From NCBI GenBank assembly GCA_963783305.1, contig CAWAMW010000002.1:672001-736000 (forward strand): DNA of 64,000 nucleotides, in the 5' to 3' direction. Numbering within the stretch: the stretch's first letter is position 1; the number at the start of each line of letters is the position of its first letter. The translations under genes were made by a program, and so were the position numbers. The DNA comes from an uncultured Gemmatimonadales bacterium (lineage in GTDB: Bacteria; Gemmatimonadota; Gemmatimonadetes; Longimicrobiales; RSA9). Below, one piece after another: positions 19,636 to 28,231 of this stretch. The notes beneath the pieces are model-generated. The model was not told the DNA's origin. It did not search any database and was given only the letters and a program-made list of their open reading frames with translations.

Positions 19636-21525
19636 ATGAGCACGACGGAAGCACCTAAGCGAGAAGTCACGACCCAGACGGTCACGGAGAGGGATGCGCG
19701 GGAAGTGACGGAAGCCGCGCGGGAGAAAGAGTGGGTGAAGCCCAGCTTCGTCCGCGAGCTGTTCCTGGGGAACCTGAGGATGGACCTGATCCACCCCATC
19801 CCGGAGCCTGATCCGGAGGGGCGAGAGCGGGGCGAGAAGTTCATGGAGGAGATGATCGACTTCCTGGAGCGGGAAGTGGACGGTCTCCAGATCGAGAAGG
19901 ATGCGAAGATCCCGGAGCACGTGATGCAGGGGCTTCGGGACCTCAACGCCTTCGCCATGAAGGTTCCACGGGAGTACGGCGGACTGGAGCTCTCGCAGGT
20001 CATGTACGGCCGCGCCGTCGCGACCATCAGCACGTATTCGTCGGCGATCGGCGTGCTCCTCTCGGCACACCAGTCCATTGGTGTGCCGCAGCCCCTCAAG
20101 ATGTTCGGGACCCCGGAGCAGAAGAAGAAGTACCTGCCGCGTTTCGCCGAGGGGCAGGTCTCCGCGTTCGCGCTGACGGAACCGGACGTGGGCTCCGACC
20201 CCGCCCGCATGGAGGCCACCGCCGATCCCACGGAGGACGGGGAAGCCTACATCCTGAATGGTGAGAAGCTCTGGACCACCAACGGCCCCATCGCGGACGT
20301 GATGGTGGTCATGGCGCGCACACCGGCGCCGGAAGGGAAGACCCGTCGGCCCATCAGCGCGTTCATCGTGGAGAACGCGTGGGAGGGGGTCGAGAACCAG
20401 CACCGCCTCGAGTTCATGGGGCTCCGCGGGATCGAGAACGGGCTGATCACGTTCAAGGACGTGCGGGTCCCGAAGGAGAACCTGATCATGGGCGAGGGGA
20501 AGGGTCTGAAGCTGGCGCTCACGACCCTGAACACCGGTCGCCTCACGATCCCCATGACCTGCGCGGCAGCCGGGAAGTGGTGCACGCGCGTGGCCCGCGA
20601 GTTTGCCGCTGAGCGGGTCCAGTGGGGCGCTCCGGTGGGCAAGCACGACGCGGTGGCGCAGATGATCGGTGAGATCGCGTCGCACTCCTTCGCCATGGAT
20701 GCGGTGGCCGAGGTTTCGAGCGCGCTGGCCGATGACGAGAACACCGATATCCGCCTCGAGGCCGCCATGGCCAAGATGTGGAACTCGGAGACCGCGTGGC
20801 GCGTGGCCGACCTCACCATGCAGGTGCGGGGCGGGCGCGGCTACGAGACGGCCGACTCCCTCAAGAAGCGGGGCGAGGCGCCCGTCCCGGTCGAGCAGAT
20901 GATGCGCGACCTGCGGATCAACATGATCTTCGAGGGATCGAGCGAGATCATGAGGCTGTTCATCGCCCGGGAGGCCGTGGACCCGCACCTCCAGAAGGCA
21001 GGCAGGTTCGTCGAGCCGGACGCATCGGTAGGCGAGAAAGCCCGCGACGCGGTGGGCCTCAGCACGCACATGGCCGGCTGGTTCGCCGGGAACGTGGCGG
21101 GTTGGAGTCGATGGCCGCGGCATAGCGACTTCGGGCCGCTCGCCGATCACATCGGGTTCGCCGAGCGCAGTGCACGCAAGCTCGCGCGGACCCTGGCCTA
21201 CGCCATGGGCAGGTACGGCGCCCGTCTCGAGAAGAAGCAGGCGGTCCTGTTCCGGATGGTGGAGGTGGGGGCCGAGCTCTTCGCAATGGGCGCCACGTGC
21301 GCGTTCGCCACGAAGCTCCAGGGCAAGGACGGCCGGGGCAACAAGCCTATCGAAATGGCCGACCTCTTCTGCAAGTACGCGCGACGTCGGATCGATGACC
21401 GGTTCTCCCACATCTTCGACAACGACAATGACGCCACGTACCGGCTTGCCCAGGACGTGCTCGCCGGGAAGCACGCGTGGCTCGAGACCAACATTGCCGA
21501 TCCGCCACAGCCCGACCTCGGCTGA
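19636..21525 (+). CDS. Acyl-CoA dehydrogenase (long ACAD9/VLCAD-like, FadE10-like)
   Basis: AHQSIG, FALTEPDVGSD, GEKLWTTN, GGRGYE, IFEGSSEI, C-terminal extension; GGAGG RBS. Confidence 0.95.
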   Translation: MSTTEAPKREVTTQTVTERDAREVTEAAREKEWVKPSFVRELFLGNLRMDLIHPIPEPDPEGRERGEKFMEEMIDFLEREVDGLQIEKDAKIPEHVMQGLRDLNAFAMKVPREYGGLELSQVMYGRAVATISTYSSAIGVLLSAHQSIGVPQPLKMFGTPEQKKKYLPRFAEGQVSAFALTEPDVGSDPARMEATADPTEDGEAYILNGEKLWTTNGPIADVMVVMARTPAPEGKTRRPISAFIVENAWEGVENQHRLEFMGLRGIENGLITFKDVRVPKENLIMGEGKGLKLALTTLNTGRLTIPMTCAAAGKWCTRVAREFAAERVQWGAPVGKHDAVAQMIGEIASHSFAMDAVAEVSSALADDENTDIRLEAAMAKMWNSETAWRVADLTMQVRGGRGYETADSLKKRGEAPVPVEQMMRDLRINMIFEGSSEIMRLFIAREAVDPHLQKAGRFVEPDASVGEKARDAVGLSTHMAGWFAGNVAGWSRWPRHSDFGPLADHIGFAERSARKLARTLAYAMGRYGARLEKKQAVLFRMVEVGAELFAMGATCAFATKLQGKDGRGNKPIEMADLFCKYARRRIDDRFSHIFDNDNDATYRLAQDVLAGKHAWLETNIADPPQPDLG

Positions 21526-21551
21526 GCGGGCGCTCCTGGCGACAGTGCGAA

Positions 21552-21583
21552 AGAGGGGCTCGGCGATCGGGCCCCTCTCCTTT
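21552..21583 (+). terminator. Probable intrinsic terminator hairpin
   Basis: AGAGGGGCTCG-gcgat-CGGGCCCCTCT followed by CCTTT, downstream of the ACAD stop; weak U-tract. Confidence 0.55.
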
Positions 21584-21673
21584 GCGCCTGCGAGCCCTAT
21601 GCGCTCCTTGCTTCCGGACGGAGCCGCCGGTTACACTATCACTTGACTCTTCCCCCCGCGCGCACATGTGCTT

Positions 21674-22456
21674 ATGGCATTGATCGCCGCGTTGCTCCCA
21701 AAGTCGACAGACCGGGCTGCGCTCGGCGCCGCTATCTCGGGCCACACCATGGCGTGGGCCAATGACTGGCGCGACCTCACCCGCGTGGTGAAGCAGGTGC
21801 CAGCGGCCGCCGCCATTGCCGACCTCCATGCGGAGCGTGGCAAGGATGGAGTGCTGAGGATCTATCGGTTCGCCCGGCGCTATCCGCACACTCCCATCCT
21901 CGTGTGGGGCAATCTGGACGGACGCGACCTCTTCCGGCTCGGGAAGGCCGGGGCCACCGAAGTGGTGATCACCGGCGATGGGGCCAACGCGGACCTCTTG
22001 ACCGAGATGCTGCACGAGGCAACCGCAGACCATATCGCCGCGCGCGTCGACCACGAGCTCCGCCCGCACGTCGGCCCGGACGCGCGCGCAGTCGTCCGCA
22101 CTGCCGCCATCGGGATTCCGGAATCAATCCAGGTCCCCGACCTGGCGGACGCCCATGGCCTCTCCGTCTCGACCCTGGAACGGCGCTGTCAGGAATGGGG
22201 GCTCACCACCCCCGGGCGGGTCCTCCTGTGGCTCCGCATCATCTACGGGCTGGACTGGCTCCTGGAGCCTGGCCGCAGCGTGGAGTCCGTGGCCGGTCAA
22301 CTCGGGTATTCCTCCGGCGCGGCCTTCCGCCGGGCCATCAAGGTGACGGTGGGTGGCCAGCCGACACCCCTCCGCAACCCCGACGGTCTGAGGGCCGCCA
22401 TCGAAGGGTTCATGAAGGACTGCCCCGGCGCCGCCTTCACCGAGGAGAGCGCCTGA
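21674..22456 (+). CDS. AraC-family transcriptional regulator with degenerate receiver-like N-terminus
   Basis: C-terminal double HTH: DLADAHGLSVSTLERR...SVESVAGQLGYSSGAAFRRAIK. Confidence 0.85.
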   Translation: MALIAALLPKSTDRAALGAAISGHTMAWANDWRDLTRVVKQVPAAAAIADLHAERGKDGVLRIYRFARRYPHTPILVWGNLDGRDLFRLGKAGATEVVITGDGANADLLTEMLHEATADHIAARVDHELRPHVGPDARAVVRTAAIGIPESIQVPDLADAHGLSVSTLERRCQEWGLTTPGRVLLWLRIIYGLDWLLEPGRSVESVAGQLGYSSGAAFRRAIKVTVGGQPTPLRNPDGLRAAIEGFMKDCPGAAFTEESA

Positions 22457-23736
22457 TGGCCCGCTACGATCGTATCGCCCGAATCGCTCCACCACCCCGC
22501 CAGAGCGCGTACAGCGGCTGGCTCACCCTTCGCGACCTCGAGGGCCGCGAACGAGAGCCGGAGCTCGGTCGGCGGGCTCTGTTGCATTTCCTCGCGATTC
22601 GCCCCATCCGCCGGCTCCTGCTCCGCGGCCTGAACGGACCGCAGCCCGGATCCCTCGACCACCAGATCGACCTGGTCCGGGCACAGCTCGATGAGCTCCC
22701 GCCGGGCGATGCCGCCCGAGACTGGATCAACCGCTACCTCGAGGAGGTGGGGGGACGCTCGCCGGCGGGGCTGGTCCGGGCCACTCTCGACGTCGGGGCG
22801 GCCGCCGAGGCCGGAGGTCACCGCTACGCGGCCGAGGAGTTCTACCGTACCGCCCTCGAGTTCGCCGAGGCGCACGATCTCCCGGACCAGCGCGTGCTCG
22901 GGCTCCGGCACCTCGGCCGGGTACAACGTGACCGGCAGGAGTGGCAGGCGGCCATATCGTCGCTCGAAGAATCAGCGGACCTGGCGGAAAGGGTCGGGGA
23001 TGCGGCGGAATGGGCGCGCAGCATGGAGGCTTTGGCAGCCGTCCATGTCCAGAGCGGGGACGCCGCGACGGGCCGCCGGATCCTCAACGAGGTCTGCGAT
23101 GGCCCCCGGGTCGCCGGAAACAGGCTCGCCAGGGCCGTGGGGCAGGCGGGTCTTTGCGCTCTGGAGCTCGCGGACGGCAACCTGGAGGCGGCCGTCGAGG
23201 CCGGCTGGGAAGCCGCCACGACCCTCACGCCCGATGATGAGATGCGGAATCAGGTGCTGCTCAACATGGCAGCGGCCTTTCGTCGGCTCGGTCTCCCCTC
23301 GGCGGCCGCCTCCTGTTACGAGGTGGTGGTCCGCTGGGCGGCGTGGCCGGAGCACCGGATCGAGGCCACGCTGGAGCAGGCGCTCGTCGCCGCGGACACA
23401 GGGGATGATGAGCGGTTCGAGACGTTCCGCTCCGCCGTCCTGGACGGTCTGGGGCGGGTGGATCGTCCTCTCCAGGCGATGCTCCAACTGGGACTCGGCC
23501 GCGGCGCACTCCTCCTCGGCCGCACGGAGCAGGCGCGGGAGCACCTGCGGGAAGCCATCTCCACGGCGCGCGATATTGGAGGCGATCTGATCCTGCGGCA
23601 GGCGGACGCGCTCCTCGAGGCGCTCGAAGCCGACATCGAGCTTGATTCTCCGGCCATGCGAACGCCCACTGAAGGCGCGAGCCGAATCGCCGTGCGCGTC
23701 ACCGAGCTGGTGGCCGAGGTGCCCGAGCCAGCCTGA
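22456..23736 (+). CDS. Tetratricopeptide-repeat (TPR-like) protein
   Basis: C-terminal part of ORF 21904..23736; ATG overlaps the AraC stop (TGATG); repeated helices such as GLRHLGRVQRDRQEWQAAISSLEESADLA. Confidence 0.8.
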   Translation: MARYDRIARIAPPPRQSAYSGWLTLRDLEGREREPELGRRALLHFLAIRPIRRLLLRGLNGPQPGSLDHQIDLVRAQLDELPPGDAARDWINRYLEEVGGRSPAGLVRATLDVGAAAEAGGHRYAAEEFYRTALEFAEAHDLPDQRVLGLRHLGRVQRDRQEWQAAISSLEESADLAERVGDAAEWARSMEALAAVHVQSGDAATGRRILNEVCDGPRVAGNRLARAVGQAGLCALELADGNLEAAVEAGWEAATTLTPDDEMRNQVLLNMAAAFRRLGLPSAAASCYEVVVRWAAWPEHRIEATLEQALVAADTGDDERFETFRSAVLDGLGRVDRPLQAMLQLGLGRGALLLGRTEQAREHLREAISTARDIGGDLILRQADALLEALEADIELDSPAMRTPTEGASRIAVRVTELVAEVPEPA

Positions 23737-23776
23737 GCCCGTGGACCGGCGAAGCCCGGCCTGACGGTCGGACCCT

Positions 23777-23995
23777 CTACTCCATCACTGTACGACGACC
23801 GTCCTTCACCTCTCGGACCCAGCATCGGTAGTCGATGGCGGCGGCGAGCGCCGCCTCTATGCTTCGGACCACGTCCGACTCCCCCACCTCCCGCCGCGCT
23901 CGCTCGACCAGAGTCTGGTCCAGCACGAACGTGTGCGGCCTCCGCCCCTCGGCGGTTCCTCCCTGGTGGTCCAGCACCCCCTCGTAGTGACCCAT
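23777..23995 (-). CDS. Small hypothetical protein (72 aa), possibly ribbon-helix-helix/antitoxin-like
   Basis: GGAGGG RBS before ATG at 23995; HTFVLDQTLVERARREVG...RSIEAALAAAI suggests strand-helix-helix. Confidence 0.45.
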   Translation of the reverse strand: MGHYEGVLDHQGGTAEGRRPHTFVLDQTLVERARREVGESDVVRSIEAALAAAIDYRCWVREVKDGRRTVME

Positions 23996-24099
23996 CGACC
24001 CTCCATGGTGCCCGGTCGAGTCACTGGCGCCCGACCACGCCGCATCCTGCACCACCGGATCGGGCGGGTACATGGCCCAATGGGCCGGGGCTGAGCCGC

Positions 24100-24390
24100 C
24101 TAGAAGAGGTCGGGCAGCACCCGCTGCGCGCCGCGCAAGTCCTTTGCTCCATGCCGCACCGCCAGACCCACGCCCGCTCCGAAGAGGAGCGCCGTGCCCC
24201 CGCCCACCACAGGCAGCAGCCACACCACGGGCACCGCGGCTACCGCCCCCGCCATGCCGGCGAGCAGCGGAACGAGCGGCCTCTGTACGGCATCCACGAA
24301 ACGCAGACGCTCCCGCACGAAGCGCCTGATTCTGGCGTATCCAGCACCAATGCCACCGACTGCGGCACCGAAGATCAGTAGTTCGATCAT
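24100..24390 (-). CDS. Small hypothetical membrane protein (3 hydrophobic segments)
   Basis: Strong GGAGGTG RBS; hydrophobic helices. Confidence 0.75.
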   Translation of the reverse strand: MIELLIFGAAVGGIGAGYARIRRFVRERLRFVDAVQRPLVPLLAGMAGAVAAVPVVWLLPVVGGGTALLFGAGVGLAVRHGAKDLRGAQRVLPDLF

Positions 24391-24479
24391 GTCGTCACCT
24401 CCCGTTGGACAGGACGGAGTCGAGCCCCGGATGGTTTCGCTCCCTTCCGCTTCGGTGTTCGTTGGTGCACTATTCTGCC

Positions 24480-24857
24480 ATGGATAAACGTCAGCAGCTC
24501 GTGGTGGTGGGTGACCGCGTTCTCATCGAGCCCGAAGAAGGCGAGGAGCGGAGCAAGGTGGGACTCTACCTTCCCGCCAGCGCGGTGGACACCCAGGCCG
24601 TCCAGGCGGGGACCATCGTGGCGACGGGCCCCGGCACTCCCATTTCCGCCCCGACGGATCTCGATGAGGAGCCCTGGCGGATTACGGGTGGGGAGCCGCG
24701 CTTCCTGCCGGTCCAGGCGAGGAAGGGCGATTACGCCATCTTCTTCCGACGCGCCGCAGTGGAGATCACCTTCGAGCAGAAGAAGTATCTGGTGGTGCCG
24801 CAGGCGGCGATCCTGGTCCTGCTCAGGGGAACCTCCGAGCCCGAAGAGGGTTGGTAG
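24480..24857 (+). CDS. groES: Co-chaperonin GroES-family protein (orphan)
   Basis: VVGDRVLIEP, SKVGLYLP, GTIVATGPG, KGDYAIF, EITFEQKKYLVV motifs. Confidence 0.85.
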   Translation: MDKRQQLVVVGDRVLIEPEEGEERSKVGLYLPASAVDTQAVQAGTIVATGPGTPISAPTDLDEEPWRITGGEPRFLPVQARKGDYAIFFRRAAVEITFEQKKYLVVPQAAILVLLRGTSEPEEGW

Positions 24858-24939
24858 CACGTGCTCTGATCGGCGGCGAGCGCTGATCCAGGCCCTTCAT
24901 TCGCGGCCCCCGGTGGGGCCGCTTCTGTTAGAGATCGAG

Positions 24940-25830
24940 ATGCGGCCCAACGACGACAACTACCTCGTACGCGCCACCGCCTTCGACGGGAAGGTGCGTG
25001 CCCTCGCCGTGACCTCTACGGAGGCCGTGCGCTCCCTCGCCACACTCCAGCAGACCGACCCGGCGCCCACCGCGGCACTGGGTCGGGTGGCCACGGCGGC
25101 GCTGCTGCTTGGAGCGACGCTGAAGAAGGAGTCGCACCTGGTGACAGTGCAGGTTAAGGGGAACGGCCCGGTCGGTACCGTACTGGCGTCGGCCAACGGG
25201 CGGGGCGAGGTCCGGGGCCTGGTGGGGAACCCGCGGCCGACGGTGGAGCAGACGAGGAACGGGAAGCTCGATGTGGCGGGCGTCGTGGGTACGGAAGGTC
25301 GGCTCACGGTGATCAAGGACCTCGGTCTGAAGGAGCCGTACAACAGCACGGTGGAGCTGGTCTCGGGGGAGATCGGGCAGGACTTCGCGTACTACTTCGC
25401 GCGGTCGGAGCAGCAGCCGTCCGCCGTCGGACTCGGCGTGTTCGTAGACCGCACCGGGGAGGTCGTGGCCGCGGGCGGGTACCTGATCCAGATCCTGGGC
25501 GGGTTGCCGGAGGACGAGGTGGAGCGGATCGAGGCCGAGGTCGCGGCGCTTCCCCACCCAACCGCCATGATCCGCCACGGAGAGACGCCTGAGGACGTGC
25601 TGGAGCGCGTATTCGCCGACGGCTTCCGTGTTCTGGACCGGAGCCCCGTCCGCTTCCGTTGCCCGTGCAGCCGGGACCGGGCGGAGCGGGCCCTCATCCT
25701 CCTGGGGCCTGCGGAGATCGACGCCATCATCGGCGCGCAGGCACACCGCGGCCACAGTGATGTGACCTGCGAGTTCTGCGGCGACAACTATCGATTCACC
25801 CTCGATCAGCTCGCTGCGCTGAAGAACTGA
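24940..25830 (+). CDS. hslO: Hsp33 redox-regulated chaperone
   Basis: GNGPVG, SGEIGQDFAYYFARSEQ, AAGG, zinc switch CPCSR...CEFC. Confidence 0.96.
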   Translation: MRPNDDNYLVRATAFDGKVRALAVTSTEAVRSLATLQQTDPAPTAALGRVATAALLLGATLKKESHLVTVQVKGNGPVGTVLASANGRGEVRGLVGNPRPTVEQTRNGKLDVAGVVGTEGRLTVIKDLGLKEPYNSTVELVSGEIGQDFAYYFARSEQQPSAVGLGVFVDRTGEVVAAGGYLIQILGGLPEDEVERIEAEVAALPHPTAMIRHGETPEDVLERVFADGFRVLDRSPVRFRCPCSRDRAERALILLGPAEIDAIIGAQAHRGHSDVTCEFCGDNYRFTLDQLAALKN

Positions 25831-26011
25831 GACCCGCCCAGGCCACGGGAGCCACGGGCGCGCCCGGCCGCGACCCTGGCAGGAAACACTTGCTTATTGG
25901 ACCGATCTCGACCACACTTAGCGCTCACTCCAAGTCAGATTGCGAACTCCCTCAAGGCCGAGACCGTTGAAACGACGCCGTATCACAGACCGCTCCAGCA
26001 CGCCACGGGGA

Positions 26012-26776
26012 ATGGTCGATGGCCTGGAGCGACTCTTCAAGCGAGTCCTGCTGTTGCCGGTCCTCCTACCCATCCTCCTGTTCGGCGGGTGGGGGCTTGG
26101 CAAGGTGACGGTCAAGGGAATCGCCCTGCCGGAGGGGGCACCCATCCGCGTCGCCGCGGCGGGAATGGCGCCGCCGGCGCAGCTCGCGGCCCTGAGCGGG
26201 TACATGGCCGGGGTCCGAGAGGAGGGGCTGGATACGGAGGAGTACGTCCTGCTATACCAGAACCACGTCCGCCCGGTCGAACGGTCCCTCATGGACTGGG
26301 GCGTCAATGCGGATCTGGCGCGGCAGGTAGCGTGGCCTCTGGTGGAAAACTCGTACCAGCGGGGACTCGACCCGGCCACGGTCATGGCGATTGTGCTGGT
26401 GGAGAGCAGCGGCCAGCCGGGCGCCACCAGCTTCGTGGGCGCGCGCGGCCTGATGCAGATCATGCCGCTCCACATGGGCCACTGGGACTGCGGTCCGGAC
26501 ATGTACGACATCGAGGCGAACCTCTGCTACGGAACAAGCATTCTGGAGTGGAACCTGAACCGGTTCGACGGTAATGAGCGCCGGGCGCTCCTCGCCTACA
26601 ATGGCTGCGTCCGCGGCGCGAACACCCCCAACTGCCACACCTACCCGGACAAGGTGAGGCGCATCCGTGAGCGACTGCGCAGGGAATGGCAGAAGGAGGC
26701 GCCGGCCGGCTACGAACAGATGCTGCTGGGTGCCCGGGGCCAGTCCCCCTTCACCACCGCCGGCGCGGCCCGCTGA
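26012..26776 (+). CDS. Membrane-anchored lytic transglycosylase (SLT domain)
   Basis: N-terminal TM; catalytic VES, GARGLMQIMP, ALLAYNG motifs. Confidence 0.88.
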   Translation: MVDGLERLFKRVLLLPVLLPILLFGGWGLGKVTVKGIALPEGAPIRVAAAGMAPPAQLAALSGYMAGVREEGLDTEEYVLLYQNHVRPVERSLMDWGVNADLARQVAWPLVENSYQRGLDPATVMAIVLVESSGQPGATSFVGARGLMQIMPLHMGHWDCGPDMYDIEANLCYGTSILEWNLNRFDGNERRALLAYNGCVRGANTPNCHTYPDKVRRIRERLRREWQKEAPAGYEQMLLGARGQSPFTTAGAAR

Positions 26777-26833
26777 TCCCTGGACCGAACAGGACCGGTC
26801 GCCGCGCCGGTACCCATGGGCCGCCCTGAAGAG

Positions 26834-26873
26834 CCGCTCCCGGCGACGATGATCGCCGGGAGCGGTCCTTTTT
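26834..26873 (+). terminator. Intrinsic terminator between convergent genes
   Basis: Perfect 13-bp stem CCGCTCCCGGCGA / TCGCCGGGAGCGG followed by TCCTTTTT. Confidence 0.8.
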
Positions 26874-28231
26874 CAGTCTACCAGCTCGTCCAGCAGTCGT
26901 GCGATGGCGTGGGTGCCCTTCTCGATGTTCTCCACACTGATCCACTCGTCCGGCGCGTGCGCGTTCTCGCCCGGTAGTCCGAAGCCCAGGAGCAGCACCG
27001 GCGCATCCAGCACGGCCTCGAACTGCGGGACAATGGGGATGGACCCACCCTCCCCGGCGTAGACCACCGTGCTGTCCCACGCAGAGGCAAGCGCCCGCTC
27101 CGCCGCCTCGTACAACTCGCTGCCCAACGTGGCCCGCCACGGGTCACCGCCGTGCAGCGCCCGCACCTCCACGGTGATGCCCTGGGGCGCTACACGCTCC
27201 ACATGTCGCCGGACCACGTCTTCGATCTTCTTCGGGTCCTGGTTCGGGACGAGACGGAAGCTGACCTTGGCCATGGCCTTCGACGGCAGCACCGTCTTCG
27301 CGCCCTCCCCCGTGTACCCGCTGAGGAGCCCGTTTACCTCCACCGTGGGTCGGATCCAGAGGCGCTCCGGCGTGCTGTAGCCCACCTCCCCCACCTCTTC
27401 CGTGCCGGTGTCTGCCCGGAACCCGACCGTGTCGAACGGGACGTCGGCGATCTTGCGACGGTAGTCCTCCATGGGATCCACGTCGTCGTAGAAGCCGGGG
27501 ATCGTGGCGTGCCAGTCGTCGTCGTGCATGGTGGCGATGATCCTCGCCAGCGCGGTGGCCGGGTTCAGGACCGCACCACCGTAGCTCCCGCTGTGCAGGT
27601 CGGTCTTCGGCCCCTTCACCTCGATCTCCAGATACGCGAGGCCGCGCAGAGAGGTGCCGATGGTGGGAACGCCATCGCCCACCATGGTGGTGTCGCTGAT
27701 GACGACGTAATCGCAGGCGAGACGATCACGGTGCGCCTCGACGAACGGCATCAGGTTCTCGCTCCCGATCTCCTCCTCGCCTTCCGCCAGCACGACGAGG
27801 TTCACCGGCAGCGAGCCCCTCGTCTTCATGTGCGCCTCGATGGCCTTCACGTGCAGGTAGAGCTGCCCCTTGTCGTCCACCGCGCCGCGGGCGAACAGTT
27901 TCCCATCGCGCTCCTCGGGCTCGAACGGTGGTGAGCTCCACTCGTCCAGCGGCTCGGGCGGCTGGACGTCATAGTGGCCGTACACCAGCACGGTGGGCGC
28001 GTCGGCGCCGGCGCCCCGGTACTCACCCAGCACGATCGGGAAGCCGGCGGTCTCCTCGATGGCGACCTCCAGCCCCGCTGCCTTCATGCGGGCCGCGAGC
28101 CATTCCGCCGCCGCTCGCATGTCGTCCCGGTGCTCGGACTTGGCGCTGATGCTCGGGATCCTGAGGAACGCGTCCAGCTCCTCGCGGAACCGCGCCATGT
28201 TCTCATCGATGTACGCGTGGATGTCCGGCAT
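26873..28231 (-). CDS. M20 family dipeptidase
   Basis: YGHYDVQP, RGAVDDKGQ, EGEEEIGS, DLHSG, GGSIP, AHAPDE motifs. Confidence 0.95.
   Translation of the reverse strand: MPDIHAYIDENMARFREELDAFLRIPSISAKSEHRDDMRAAAEWLAARMKAAGLEVAIEETAGFPIVLGEYRGAGADAPTVLVYGHYDVQPPEPLDEWSSPPFEPEERDGKLFARGAVDDKGQLYLHVKAIEAHMKTRGSLPVNLVVLAEGEEEIGSENLMPFVEAHRDRLACDYVVISDTTMVGDGVPTIGTSLRGLAYLEIEVKGPKTDLHSGSYGGAVLNPATALARIIATMHDDDWHATIPGFYDDVDPMEDYRRKIADVPFDTVGFRADTGTEEVGEVGYSTPERLWIRPTVEVNGLLSGYTGEGAKTVLPSKAMAKVSFRLVPNQDPKKIEDVVRRHVERVAPQGITVEVRALHGGDPWRATLGSELYEAAERALASAWDSTVVYAGEGGSIPIVPQFEAVLDAPVLLLGFGLPGENAHAPDEWISVENIEKGTHAIARLLDELVD

Noticed and set aside
25878..25895. TGGCAGGAAACACTTGCT as a sigma-54 promoter
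   Set aside because: Spacing is 12 (or 8), not 10.
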